Source: Octopus bimaculoides (taxonomy: Eukaryota). From it: a stretch of DNA of 64,000 nt. The position numbers and the translations under genes are program-made. The stretch is from the NCBI RefSeq assembly GCF_001194135.2, contig NC_068984.1, positions 60,617,311 to 60,681,310 of the forward strand, in the 5' to 3' direction. The notes below the pieces were generated by a model, which saw only the letters and a program-made list of their open reading frames with translations, was not told where the DNA came from and did no database searches. The stretch's first letter is position 1. The number at the start of each line of letters is the position of its first letter. Positions 50,480 through 63,261 of the stretch are shown piece by piece.

Positions 50480-51139
50480 GTGTGTGTTGTGTGTGTGTGC
50501 ATCCGCATGTGTGCCAATGCATAGCATTGTACATAAAAATAAAAATGGACTAAAAAACTACAGCTGTATTTGTGTGAAACTTGCATATGATTCATAGGTT
50601 CATGAAAATAAGTAAAAAAAATTTAGTGCTATGTTAACCACACTGCATCTTCATGATAAAAAAGTAATATGTAAATTTATGACTCCCTGAAAACACATGC
50701 TAATATTATCTTAACGCTTTCAGGTTTACATGCATTTCTGTGCACACATGTATTTATGTTTTTTTCACCAGCAAACAAATATGTGCCCATCATATCATTT
50801 GTGTTTACACGGACCATTAAATATGAAAGAGAGCATTGGTTATTGACCAACAAAATATATTTTCTGAAAATTGTGTTAATCAAATCTTTATAATATGCCC
50901 AATATAAATCCAGCAATGTTACCACTGTAAGGGATTTGACTGCAAAAGAAAAATTGATAAAACTTCTTAAGTCAACACCAATCAATGTAAACGCAAGCAG
51001 CCAACTATTATAATGTAATGTGGATAATTGGAAATGGGTTTTATGAGGTGTAGCAATGAGTTCAAGGTTTACTAGACATAACAGAGAGTTGCTTCTTTCA
51101 GTGTTTTTTACCATTTCTATATGTGAAAGTAATATTGAT

Positions 51140-51830
51140 TTCAAATTTTGGCACAAGACCAGCAATTTCAGTGAAGTGAGTAAGTCAATTACATCGACCC
51201 CCAGTGCTCAACTGGTACTTATTTTATCGACCACGAAAGGATGAAAGGCAAAGTCGACCTTGGCGGAATTTGAACTCAGAACATAAAAACTGATGAAGCA
51301 TTTTGTCCAGCATGCTAATGATTCCGCCACTTCACTACCTTTATATGTGAAAGTAATATTGATTTCAAATTTGAGCACAAGGCCAGCAATTTTGGTGAAG
51401 CAGGTAAATCAATTACATCGACCCCAGTGTTCAATTTATACTTATTTTATTAACCCCAAAAGTATAAAAGGCAAAATTGATCTCGGTGACATTTGAACTC
51501 AGAATGTAAAGACAAACGAAATGCCACTGAGCATTTTGTCCAGCATGCTAATGGTTCTGCCACTTCACTGCCTTTATATGTGAGAGTAATATTATTAGAA
51601 TGTATAAGGCAGTGAGCTGGCAGAATTGTTAGCATGCTTGGAAAAATGCTTAGCAGCATCTCATTCATCTTTATGTTCCGAGTTCAAATTCCTGTAAAGG
51701 TTGACTTTACATTTCATCCTTTAGGAGATGATAAAATAAGTTCCATTTGAGCATTATGGTCAATGTAATTGATTTGGACCCTCCACCGAGGGTCCAAATG
51801 TTTGCTGATCTTGTGTTAAAATTTGAAACC
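51140..51830. mobile_element. Cluster of three SINE B copies: 51140-51340 (-), 51355-51570 (-), 51605-51830 (+)
   Basis: Homology to 15555-15770. Confidence 0.85.
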
Positions 51831-51838
51831 AATATTTG

Positions 51839-51881
<43 letters not shown>

Positions 51882-51889
51882 ATTCGAGC

Positions 51890-52162
51890 AAGGTCGTTGC
51901 CAGTACCACTGGACTGGCTCCTGTGCAGATGGCACGTAAAAACCACCATTTTGAGCATGGCCGTTGCCAGTACCATGTGACTGACCCTCATGCTGGTGGC
52001 ACATAAAAGCACCCACTACACTCTCAGAGTGGTTGCCGTTAGGAAGAGCATCCAGCTGTAGAAACTCTGCCAGATCAGATTGGAGTCTGGTGCAGCCATC
52101 CGGTTCACCAGTCCTCAGTCAATTCGTCCAACCCATGCTAGCATGGAAAGTGGATGTTAAAC

Positions 52163-52197
<35 letters not shown>
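51890..52197 (+). mobile_element. RTE family 1 3' UTR with long (GAT)n tail
   Basis: CCCATGCTAGCATGGAAAGTGGATGTTAAAC-(GAT)n. Confidence 0.85.
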
Positions 52198-52228
<31 letters not shown>

Positions 52229-52850
52229 CTGTAGCACCTAAGTAAAACTGCTGAAACAGTTTGGTGTAAATATTGATATCTTCTAGAGTGTTGAATTTAT
52301 GGCCTTCTTCCAAGTATCTGAAAAATTGTTTTTATAACTAAAATTTGTTGTTGTTTAAATCTGTCTTAATTGAACAAACCTATGAACAATGACTTTCCAG
52401 CTATGACCATTCTGACTTTTCTCAGAATTAGTATTTATTAGATAGTTAGTCAGTTACTTCTCTCTATACTATAGGGTATATAAGGTTGCAACATGATCTC
52501 TCCAATCAGCTCTGTTTTCGACTACTCTTCTGGTCTCATTCTGGATTCTCCACCCTTTACGTCTCCTTTCATTGTCAATGGTCCTTCGCCATATGGTTTC
52601 AGGGCACCCTGCTGCTCTTTGCCTCTCAGGTTGTCACTTTAGTGCCACCATACAATCACTTTCTCGATCTTGCCTGACAACATGTCTGATCTAGTTCCAA
52701 TGTGTTTGTGTGTTTTATTTCATCACTGATCCTGCCTGGGATCTCATATTAGGAAAAGAGATGTTGACTTATGCAGCATTTCAGTTGCATTGGTTTAAAA
52801 ATGAATTGAATATGCACTGAGACTAAATTCCTCTTGAATCTTGTAGTCAG

Positions 52851-53190
52851 GAAGGTACATGGCTCAGTGGTTAGAGCATCAGGCTCACAATCGTGAAGAA
52901 GTAAGTTTGATTTTCAGACCAGGCTGTGTATTGTGTTCTTGAGCAAGACACTTTATTTCACATTGCTCCAGTTCATTCAGCTGTAGAAATGAGTTGCAAT
53001 GTCACTGGTGTCAAGCTGTATTGTCCTTGGATAACATCAGTGGTGAGGAGAGGTGAAGCTGGCATGCATGGTGACTGTTGGTCTTCCATAAACAACCTTG
53101 CCCAAACTTCTGCCTCAGAGGGGAACTTTTTGGGTGCAATCTTATGGTCATTTGTGACCAAAGGGGGTCTTTACACTTTACTCTGTCATC
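52851..53190 (+). mobile_element. SINE family D
   Basis: Homologous to 4460-4770. Confidence 0.85.
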
Positions 53191-53414
53191 AGGAAGGAAA
53201 GCAGCATTCAGGATTTTTTACTTGGACTCTGAGACTGGTAGGGGTGGGAGAGAGAGAGAGAGAGAAAAAGCAAGTGATGAAAGGAGAGAGGTATCATCAA
53301 ACTAGAAACCTAACCCAAGTGCTTACATTAGAGGGGACCTTTATATCAACCAAGGTGTCAAATTCTGATTAAGTCAATAGCCCAAAACCAAAACAGAAAA
53401 TAATCCTTTCTTAT

Positions 53415-53620
53415 TTAGGCACAAGGCCAGCAATTTTGAGGGGTTAGGGAAGTGAAATACACTGATCTCAATGTTCAACTGGTATTTATTTTATTGATCC
53501 CCAAACAATGAAGGGCAAAGTCAACCTAGGATGAGTTTGAACTCAGAACATAAAAACTGATTAAAAGTTGTTAAGCACTTTGTCTGGTGTGCTGACTATT
53601 CTGCCAGTTCATCACCTTCA
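53415..53620 (-). mobile_element. SINE family B, diverged
   Basis: Homology to other B copies. Confidence 0.7.
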
Positions 53621-54508
53621 AGACAGAAAATAATTACAGCATTGTAATCATATCCTATTGGGGTAAAACTCTTGTAGATGGGGAGAAATTGAAAAAATAA
53701 AAAAATAACATAGAGGCAAGTATATTATCTGTTGCAATAAGGAGCAACAAAAAAAGAAAATGGTCAAGTGCATAGGTTTATTTTTTTATATACTTGTTTC
53801 CTTCAAAAACTTTAACAACAATGCAAGAAAGAAAGAAATCTCAGACTACTTTGAAACTCAATATTCTGTAGCGAGCGCCAACCATTGATGTTGCTGTAGG
53901 GCTTGTAGACTTACTGATATTTGGAAATGCCTTGCAGTGTGCAAATAATGGTGGGGGGGGGGAGTGATACAAAGGACAGTCTAATATAGTTAGCCTGAAG
54001 CAAACAGTTGTACTACTTCTTCATGCTTACATTTCTAAATAACAACTACTAAACTGAAAAGATATATAAAAGTTATGCATTTTAGAAATATGAAAACATC
54101 AACTGAACCAATCAATAAATTTGGATGAATAGTTGTGTGTGCATGTGTGTGTAGTGTGGTGTGGTATGTATGTTTGTGTGTGTATATGCACGTGTGTTTT
54201 TGTGTGCCAGTTTGTATTTATATTTGTACTTATATACATGAGTAAATGTGTATATATTGTATATATATATGAATGTGTGCATACTACACACATATATGTG
54301 TGTGTGTTTATATAAGAGTACATGTATACATATATACACACAAACCCAAACTTATACATATATACACACATGCAAATATATATATATATATATGTAAGTA
54401 TATATATGTGTGTATGTGTATGTAATATATATACACACACATACACACATATATACACACACATATATATTATATACACATACATGCATATATATATATA
54501 TGCACACT

Positions 54509-54540
<32 letters not shown>

Positions 54541-54666
54541 CATAAAAATTTATGTATATACATATACACATATTCTTACATACAGACATCTAGGTATAGA
54601 TCTGTATACACGTATGGATACATATGAATAAGTACATATGTTTGTGTGTATGTATGTGTGTATGTA

Positions 54667-54707
<41 letters not shown>

Positions 54708-55104
54708 TTGTATGTATATATTTGAGTGTGTGTGTACTCCTACTTCCTGTAATTGAAGTGGAGCAGACAAATGTGTTTTATTATTGATTTGGATTTGTTT
54801 GAATACATATCACTGAAGCATGTGGTTTAAGAGTCCAAGGTCCACATCTCTTAAAAGGATTAACTTCTGCATTACTTTTCTGCTATTGAAGGAGAAAGAC
54901 TTGTGAGAGGTGCGTGTTAAATGGCAGAGATCAATGTAGAGAGGAATGGCAAATGTGAGAGAGTGAGTAAGAGAGTAAAAGAAGATGGAATGAGAGAGAG
55001 AGAGAGAGTGGGGGAGGGGAAAGAAGGCTAGGGAGTGGGGATATAAATTGAAAGATGAAAATTTTGCTGGCAATATTACTTATATGTGTGCACATGTTTT
55101 TGTG

Positions 55105-55152
<48 letters not shown>

Positions 55153-55639
55153 TACAATGGGCTTCTTTCAGTTTCTGTCTATTAAATTCACTTACAAGAT
55201 TTTGATCAGCTTGAAGTTACAGTAGAAGACACATGCCCAAAATGTCACAGAGTTGGACTCAACCTGAAGTCATGTGATTGGGAAGCAAATTTATTAATGA
55301 CATACTCATTCCTGTGCCTTATATATGTGCATGTGTGTACATTTACAAATACACACACACACATGCGCATGTGTGTGTGTAAATATATACATATATATAT
55401 ATATGAAATAACAAAGGCGGCTATAAGCAATATAAAACCCAAAAGGGATGAATTCAGTTGTCACTAATTGTGACTGATGATGCAGGGTAGCACCTACATT
55501 GCTAGAAATAAGAGGTAAAAACCCTTTTAGTTGCAAAGAAGCACATATTTATATTTAAATTTAAAAGTTTGCATGAAAGGAAAAGAAGACACAATATCCT
55601 ATCCAAAAATAAAAGGTATTTTAGATGAACATCAAATAA

Positions 55640-56360
55640 TATCAACTAAATCATAGCTGGGAGATAAGAGTTTGCTCAAAGTAAACTATCAGCTTCCAGC
55701 AAGCATGAAGACTGCTTTGGTACCTAGTGCATGCATTCTTCTCTGTGCCCTTGGAGAGATCTTCAAACTTGATCTTGGTCACCAGTTTTGCCTTGGTGTT
55801 GCAGGCAGAGTGATTGGTGTCTTTCTCAACCATGCCTCACATGTAGTAATCCTTGGGTTTCAAATTGGGGTAATTAGGAAGCTAGAAGTTGGCTGGTGAA
55901 ATCACATGAATTCTTCAACAACCATTTCTGACTCTTTCCAGACATAAGATAAGGAGTTGAATCCTACTGGCCTATGGTCTTCCTTCAACAACCCTCTCCA
56001 GCCAGGCGTTGAACACAGTCTCCAGTGGTTTCAAATAGCCATCTGAATTGAGTTTAAGGCCCTGTTCAGATATGTGGGGAAGAATTTCAGCTTGTGGGCA
56101 TTGTCAAAATTCTTGCTGTGTCCCTTCTTGCTGGCCACGACTTTGTAGTCTTCATTGCAGCTGCCTGTGTGATGTCTTACAGCCATGACAGTGTTCACAG
56201 CACATTGAGCAGCAGTCATGAAATCAACATTTTGATACCTGGCATGAATCATCATGATACAGGTAACTCTTTTCCAATATTCAGATGTTCGCCAATGCAT
56301 AAAGCTGTTCCTGAAAAGAAGTGACATAAAAATCATGAAATTTAGCTTGAACACTCTGCA
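55640..56360 (-). mobile_element. Decayed, internally deleted Tc1/mariner transposon of DD37D/maT type
   Basis: N-terminus SEYWKRVTCIMMIHA..AAQCAVNTV; then PHISEQGLKLNSDGYLKPLETVFNAWLERVVEGRP, Q*DSTP..SGKSQKWL, PNYPNLKPKDYYM*GMVEKDTN..NTKAKLV; about 37 residues between the 2nd and 3rd D allowing for a frameshift; TIR-like CAGAGTGTTCAAGCTAAA at the high-coordinate end. Confidence 0.85.
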
Positions 56361-56367
56361 TATATAT

Positions 56368-56570
56368 ATATAAAACCATTAACACAGAGAATGGAGTGAG
56401 TAACTCATTTTATTGCATAATTCTGCACTTGTTTCATCAACATATTATCAGAAGTTTATTGCTGGAATACCTTCTAGCAATAAACATCTGGTAAAGCATC
56501 TATGAAACAGTTGTAGAATTATGCAATAAAATGAGTTGCTCTCTCCATTCTCTGTGTTAATGTTTATATA
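56368..56570. repeat. ~200-bp foldback hairpin
   Basis: Arms pair about loop TACC (56468-56471) with one 11-nt internal loop. Confidence 0.9.
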
Positions 56571-56695
56571 AACTTTGCATATAGTTATGGATTTTCAGAT
56601 ATGTCATCTATGAAGTGATCCATTTTCCTTGGTTGATAGTATCTGATAGTTGATACTTGTGTGTAGGTTATGATCTAAATGGTATACATACATAG

Positions 56696-56836
<141 letters not shown>

Positions 56837-57162
56837 TACAAACAAACAAACAAACAAACAAACAAACAAACCTCTCTTGCATCAGTTTAATTTGAAGCAA
56901 ATGAAGCTTCAGGTTAAATCATTGGGTTTGAAACCCATCAGCTACCTTCAGTTCATTCTATCCCCCAATTTTTTAAAACCCAATATTATATGCTGTTATA
57001 TATAGCTTCATTTGCTTTGTATTAAACTGTTCCAAAGAAAGAATTATTTCATGGTCTCTCAAAGTTTATAAATTCTTATGACGTTAACAACAACGACAAC
57101 AACAATGTATATATAAACACACACACACGCATATATATGTACATACACATTTGTATATATAT

Positions 57163-58626
57163 TCGTCATCATCATCCGTTAATGTTCATTTTCCATGCTG
57201 GCATGGGTTGAATGGTTTGACCAGGGCTGGTAAGCTGGAAGGCTGCTCCAGCCTCCAGTCTGATTTGGCATGGTTTTCTATGGCTGGATGCTCTTCCTAA
57301 TGGCAGCCACTCTGAGAGTGTAATAGATGTTTTTATATGTCAATGGCATGGGTGCCATCTGCATGACACCAGTATGTGCCATGACTGATTTTGCTTGGCT
57401 TGATGGGTATTCTTCTCAAGCATGACAAAGGTCTCTGTTGTTGCTTCTGTGGGGCCCAACACCGAAGAAGAACTCAGCCCCTTTGCCTCCATGAAGCCCA
57501 ATGTTTGAAAGGAACTCAGCCATTTCACCTCTGTGAAGCACAATGCTCGAAAAGTGCTCTTTACATGCCACTGGCATCAGTTACATGACCCCAGCATCAG
57601 CCATGACTTCGATTTCACTTGGCTTGATGGGTCTTCTCAAGCACAGCATATCTCGAAAGGTCTCAGTCACTTGTCATTGCCTCTGTAAGGTTTAAAGTTC
57701 AAAGATCATGCTTCACCACTTCATCCCATGTATTCCTGGGTCTACCTCTACCACAGGTTCCCTCCATAGTTAGAGATTGGCACTTCTTTATACAACTGTC
57801 TTTGTCCATATACATCACATGACCATACCAGCACAGTCGTCTCTCTTGCACACCACATCTGATGCCTCTCATGCCTAACTTTTCTCTCAAGATGCTTACT
57901 CAATGACATTGCACATCCAGTGAAGCATACTGACTTTATTTCTTTCAAGCCTATGCATATACTTGGCTATCACAGCCCATGTTTCACTGCCATGTAGCAT
58001 AGCTTTTTGCACACAGGCATCATACAATCTGCCTTTCACTGTGCGAAGGAGGCCCTTTGTTGCCAGTAGAGGTAGGAACTCTCTGAATTTTGTCCAGCCT
58101 AATCTTCTCACAGCCATGCTAATTTGGTCATCTAGATAACAGAAGCTATCTACTACCTCTAGCTTGCCCTGCTGACAGTTGATGGAATCTGTTTTCTGTG
58201 CATTTTCAATGTTTATTGTACCTGTGCTTCTTCCACATAGAAAATCTAGTTTCCCTGTTAACCATCCTCTGATATTCTTGCACTTTTTATGTGTCCAAAG
58301 CTTACATCAGGTGCATCTTTTGGAGTTTCTACCTATGCTTTTTCTACAGATTGAACAGGGCCATCTGCCTGAAGGGATTTGTGATTTGTCTGCTTTCCTA
58401 CTTACTAAGACTGGTTTTTGCTAGATTAATTCTAAGACCCTTTGATTCTAGACCTTGCTTCCATACTTGGAATGTCTTCTCTAGCTCTGACAGTGATTCA
58501 GTAATAAGAGCAAGGTCATCAGCATAGAGGAGCTCTCAGGGGCAGCCTGTCTTAAATTCCTCTGTTATTGCCTGGAGGACTACAATGAACAAGATGGGGC
58601 TGAGCACCAATCCTTGGTGAACCCCT
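57163..58626 (-). mobile_element. 5'-truncated, decayed RTE-clade LINE (family 1): RT C-terminal half, 3' UTR and (GAT)n tail
   Basis: GVHQGLVLSPILF; ELLYADDLALI (YADD ~58515-58526); GLRINLAKT; VVDSFCYL; KGRLYDACV..MLHGSETWA; RRLCWYGHV; EGTCGRGRPRNTWDEVVKHDL. Confidence 0.9.
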
Positions 58627-58652
58627 ATATATATACAGTGTATATATATATA

Positions 58653-59061
58653 TATATACAGATATGTATGTATGTTTGTGTATATGTATGTATATACTAA
58701 CAATGAAAATATATACTTTGTAAGTATATTGAAGATATTTTTGTGTGTAAATATTTTTAGTAGTGTACTCAATAAATACGAAAATGAATTCATGTTTGTA
58801 GCAATAATATAATAGATTTGAATATAAATATGGCTAAGATATATAGACACTTGGAAACAAGTACAGCACTGAGTAGACATAAAAATAATGCATACATTTA
58901 TGCATACATTTTCCTCCAGTCACAAATTAATGTGTCTTACAGTCTCACATTTAAAANNNNNNNNNNNNNNNNNNNNNNNNNNNNNNNNNNNNNNNNNNNN
59001 NNNNNNNNNNNNNNNNNNNNNNNNNNNNNNNNNNNNNNNNNNTATATATATATATATATAG

Positions 59062-59098
<37 letters not shown>

Positions 59099-59394
59099 GA
59101 TATGTATGTATGTTTGTGTATATGTATGTATATACTAACAATGAAAATATATACTTTGTAAGTATATTGAAGATATTTTTGTGTGTAAATATTTTTAGTA
59201 GTGTACTCAATAAATACGAAAATGAATTCATGTTTGTAGCAATAATATAATAGATTTGAATATAAATATGGCTAAGATATATAGACACTTGGAAACAAGT
59301 ACAGCACTGAGTAGACATAAAAATAATGCATACATTTATGCATACATTTTCCTCCAGTCACAAATTAATGTGTCTTACAGTCTCACATTTAAAA
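58653..59394. repeat. Apparently identical ~304-bp direct repeat on both sides of a gap (58653-58956 and 59091-59394), probably an assembly artefact
   Basis: No difference seen between copies; first copy ends exactly at the N run. Confidence 0.8.
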
Positions 59395-60212
59395 TAAAAG
59401 TTCTATTGTCATTAGAAGAAGAGAGAAAGAAAGAAATATAACTGATGTATTCTGATTATATACAGATCAGCAAATCCAAAATGAAATATCAGAAAGACAC
59501 GAATGTAGCCAAAATGTCAATAAATCCTTTATGACTTTTGTATCTAAAATACTATATAAACACATATATATATTTATATTTATGTATGTACGTATTCATC
59601 TGTATATGTTAATGCACTGGACTCTTTCAGTCCAAGACTGCCATAAAATATATAAATGCATATCCAATATTGCATTGTGTTGACCTATTATGCATATATT
59701 AGTATCTCCAGGCTTTTGTGTGCTTCAATTATTTTAACACAAAGTCTGCAAACAGAGATAAGCAGGGGGAACACAATGGCACATAAGATGTACACATGAG
59801 TTTTTAACTTCCACATTCTCTCCACAAGGTAAATTATTCACATCTCAGATACTTGTAAATGTATATATACACACATGTAAATGTATATATACGCACATGA
59901 GTATACATATATTTGCATACATATGTGCCCATATGTATGTATACACATACATGCAGAAATAAAGATATTATTTTTGTAAGAAATATATCTATACATAAAG
60001 ACATACACACATATTGATATGAATTATCATCATCATCATCATCATCATCGTCATCACTGTCATCATCTTCATCACTGTCATCATCTTCATCATCATTATT
60101 GTTATCCTCCTCTTCTTCCTCCTCATCATCACCATCTTCCATGCTGGTATGGGTTGCATTGTTATTTCACATTACTCCAGAAAGAGGATAGAGTTTGTTT
60201 CCCAGTTCTTCT

Positions 60213-60260
<48 letters not shown>

Positions 60261-60669
60261 TCTCCCTAGATGGGATGCTAATCTGTCATAGGATTACTAA
60301 TTGTTATCATCTGTGTGGACTGGGGCAACATGAAATTAAGTGTATTGCTCAGGAACACAAATCACTGCCCAATCCAGGAATTGAAATCGCAATCTTACAA
60401 CCATGAATCCAATACCCTAACTCTTACACCATGCATCTGCACTGTGAGTTGCATAGTTTGAAAGAATATGGTGAATTGAAAGACTGTGTGATGCCTCAAT
60501 GCTAGTCAATTCACATGGTGCACTGGGTGCGTTTTTGCAGCTCTGGCACTAATGTGCTCACCATCTAACTCAAAGGATGCGACTGATTTCTTCCTGTGGG
60601 GAAAATAAATGGTTACCTCACATTATATAAGAGCGGATGGGAGTGACTGAGAGATCCTAAACTTGCAGA

Positions 60670-60902
60670 CTCATGGGTGCTGGTGCCACATAAAATCACC
60701 TGTGCCAGTACTGTAAAAACACCTGTGCTGTTGTCATGTAAAAGTGTTCATGCTGGTGCCACGTAAATGCTCCTGTACTGGTGCTATGTTAAAAGCACCC
60801 AGTACATTCTGTAAAGTGGTTGGCATTAAGAAGTACATCCAGCTGTAGAAACCATGCCACAACAGACAAATAGAGCCTGGGCCACTCTTCTGCTGGCCAG
60901 CT
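60670..60902 (+). mobile_element. RTE family 1 3' UTR fragment
   Basis: GGTGCCACGTAAA subrepeats, AAAGCACCCAGTACATTCTGTAAAGTGGTTGGCATTAAGAAG.CATCCAGCTGTAGAAACC. Confidence 0.7.
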
Positions 60903-61112
60903 CTAGTGTCTCGTCTTGTTAGACCTTCATCAGAGAAAGAATTTCCATTTTCTGTTATTGAGAGATTAATAGCTCATAGTTATTTAGAGTGTATACAAAC
61001 AATAATTGAAGTAAACTACTTTGCTTAATCTGCTTTTAGGGAGATAGAAACCTTTGCTATAAAATCTTTGTTTTCGTTTTCCACCAAGATTAACATTGAT
61101 GGTTTGTTGAAA

Positions 61113-61400
61113 AGGTTTACTGTTCAGTGCATTTCAACCGACCCAAACATGCTGTATAATGTTTTTTACATTCTTGTTAGTCCATATACAGTTATGTAAA
61201 TTAGACTGACTGGTGTCCAAGATTGTATACATGATAAATAACTTTGGTTTACTGTACAGGTTTACTATACAGTGCATTTCAACCGACCCAAACATGCTGT
61301 ATAGTGTGTTTTACATTCTTGTTAGTGCATATACAGTTATGTAAATTAGACTGACTGGTTTATCTGTGTCCAAGATTGTATACACAATAAATAACTTTGG
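61113..61400. repeat. Two-copy tandem duplication, period 145 bp
   Basis: CAGTGCATTTCAACCGACCCAAACATGCTGTATA at 61125 and 61270. Confidence 0.9.
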
Positions 61401-62174
61401 CTACTAATCTCTCTGTGGACAGAAGATGGTTATTCATTTTTTGATGAAGGTTGAAGAAGACAAGAAACTAGTATGACCAATTGCTTTCTCATTTTTGTCC
61501 TAGGAAAGGTAAAAACAATTCTCTAGCATAACAAATATGTCTCCTTTGCACAAGGCCATGATTTTATGCTCATTAAAGCACTATATTTTACATTACAATT
61601 TCTCACTTTCACATCCACGTGTATACACACCTGCACACATATACACACACTTTTCTATGTGGATGTACATGTATGTATACATATATGATTTGCAAGGGTC
61701 ATAGTATCATGAAGGTGCACATCCCATTGAATCTTGAATTCTTTTGAATGTTGTGGTTCATGTATTCACCTGATGTAAACGATTTTCTAATGATGTAATG
61801 TTTCCATTAATCAATTAAAAATTCATTGGAAACTGCTGTAGTGAATTTCCACATTATCCATCTGTTGTTATTTACTTGTGTGTGTGTGCACACGCATGTG
61901 TGTGTGAGTGTGTGTGTGTGTGTGTGTGCATATGCATGCATGTGTGTGAGTGTGTGTGTGTGTGTTTTAATGGTGGCAGCTGATGAAGGATATGTTCTCT
62001 ATGTGGCCTGCTTGTTTATTGTACCTTGTTTATCATTTTGTCCATGTTCTTTTGCAACGTCATGTACCCAGATATGTATCTATATGTACATGTAGATGAA
62101 GGTATGTACATACATGTACATATATATGCATATACTCATATATTGTTTATATATATATATATATATATAGATAT

Positions 62175-62244
<70 letters not shown>

Positions 62245-62445
62245 TTTACTGTTCCGTTATACGTAGCATCTTGGTTTTGAAAAAAGACTAACCATGTACA
62301 CCAAGCTTGAAATATTGCTTGGAGCCACAAGGCATTTTATATATAAATCTGTTGAATTATCATGTCTCCATAGTAGGTCTTATTTAAATACTGTGTACAT
62401 TAAATGGTATCTCTCTCTCTCTCTCTCTTTGTATATATATGTGTG

Positions 62446-62494
<49 letters not shown>

Positions 62495-62931
62495 AGTGAT
62501 ATATCAGTTTAACCAGTCTATATAAATATAACCTCTATAATTTGAAACCAGTTTCATAAATGCCAATGCATGAAACTCTCAACTGTTGAGTCACTCTGTA
62601 ACTTCTGCCATTTAAACATAATATGAGTATGTGTGTGTGTGTACTGATACAGAATTTTTATTTTGCTACTTGAATTTCATGCTCCTGTGATCTCTGAGGA
62701 TCCCAGTGGTGTGAAACAAGTTGTGTGATAAAACCTCAGTTCCAGTAACAATATTACTCTACAGCATGTAATATGTTGTGTGCAATTCTATCTCATTCAT
62801 CTGACACAAACCAACATTACTGTATAGATACACACACACACATACACACGCACACATTGTTTTAATGCCATATACATTTATACATGTACTTCATAGATGC
62901 ATATAAATACAAATATACACATATATAAATC

Positions 62932-62962
<31 letters not shown>

Positions 62963-63074
62963 CTATCTATCTGTCAGTCTGTCCATTGGTCTGTCTACTT
63001 GTCTGATTGTCTGCCTGACTGCTTACCTACCTACCTACCTTAGCAATTTATCTATCTGTTGATCTATCTACCTG

Positions 63075-63105
<31 letters not shown>

Positions 63106-63106
<1 letters not shown>

Positions 63107-63261
63107 GTTATAATTTAGAACAAAACAGTAAAAGGTTGTCATTATAGTACTTGGAGTTTCGATTGTCAGAGCGAAGAGCTATGATACATTCTTGCTGGCT
63201 ATTAATGGCAACTCCAAGTATTGTAATGACAACCTTTTACTGTTTGTTCTAAATTATAACA
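63106..63261. mobile_element. Hairpin MITE-like element in TA context
   Basis: Arms 63106-63158 and 63210-63261 differ by one indel and two transitions; 51-bp spacer; TA on both sides. Confidence 0.75.

Noticed and set aside
50677-51165. Longest non-repetitive ORF (162 aa, minus)
   Set aside because: Non-ATG start inside a SINE tail, AT-rich composition, no motif; may hide a short exon behind the strong acceptor near 50940 but unsupported
58653-59394. Perfect 304-bp direct repeat
   Set aside because: Identical copies straddling an N gap are a typical scaffolding overlap artefact, not biology
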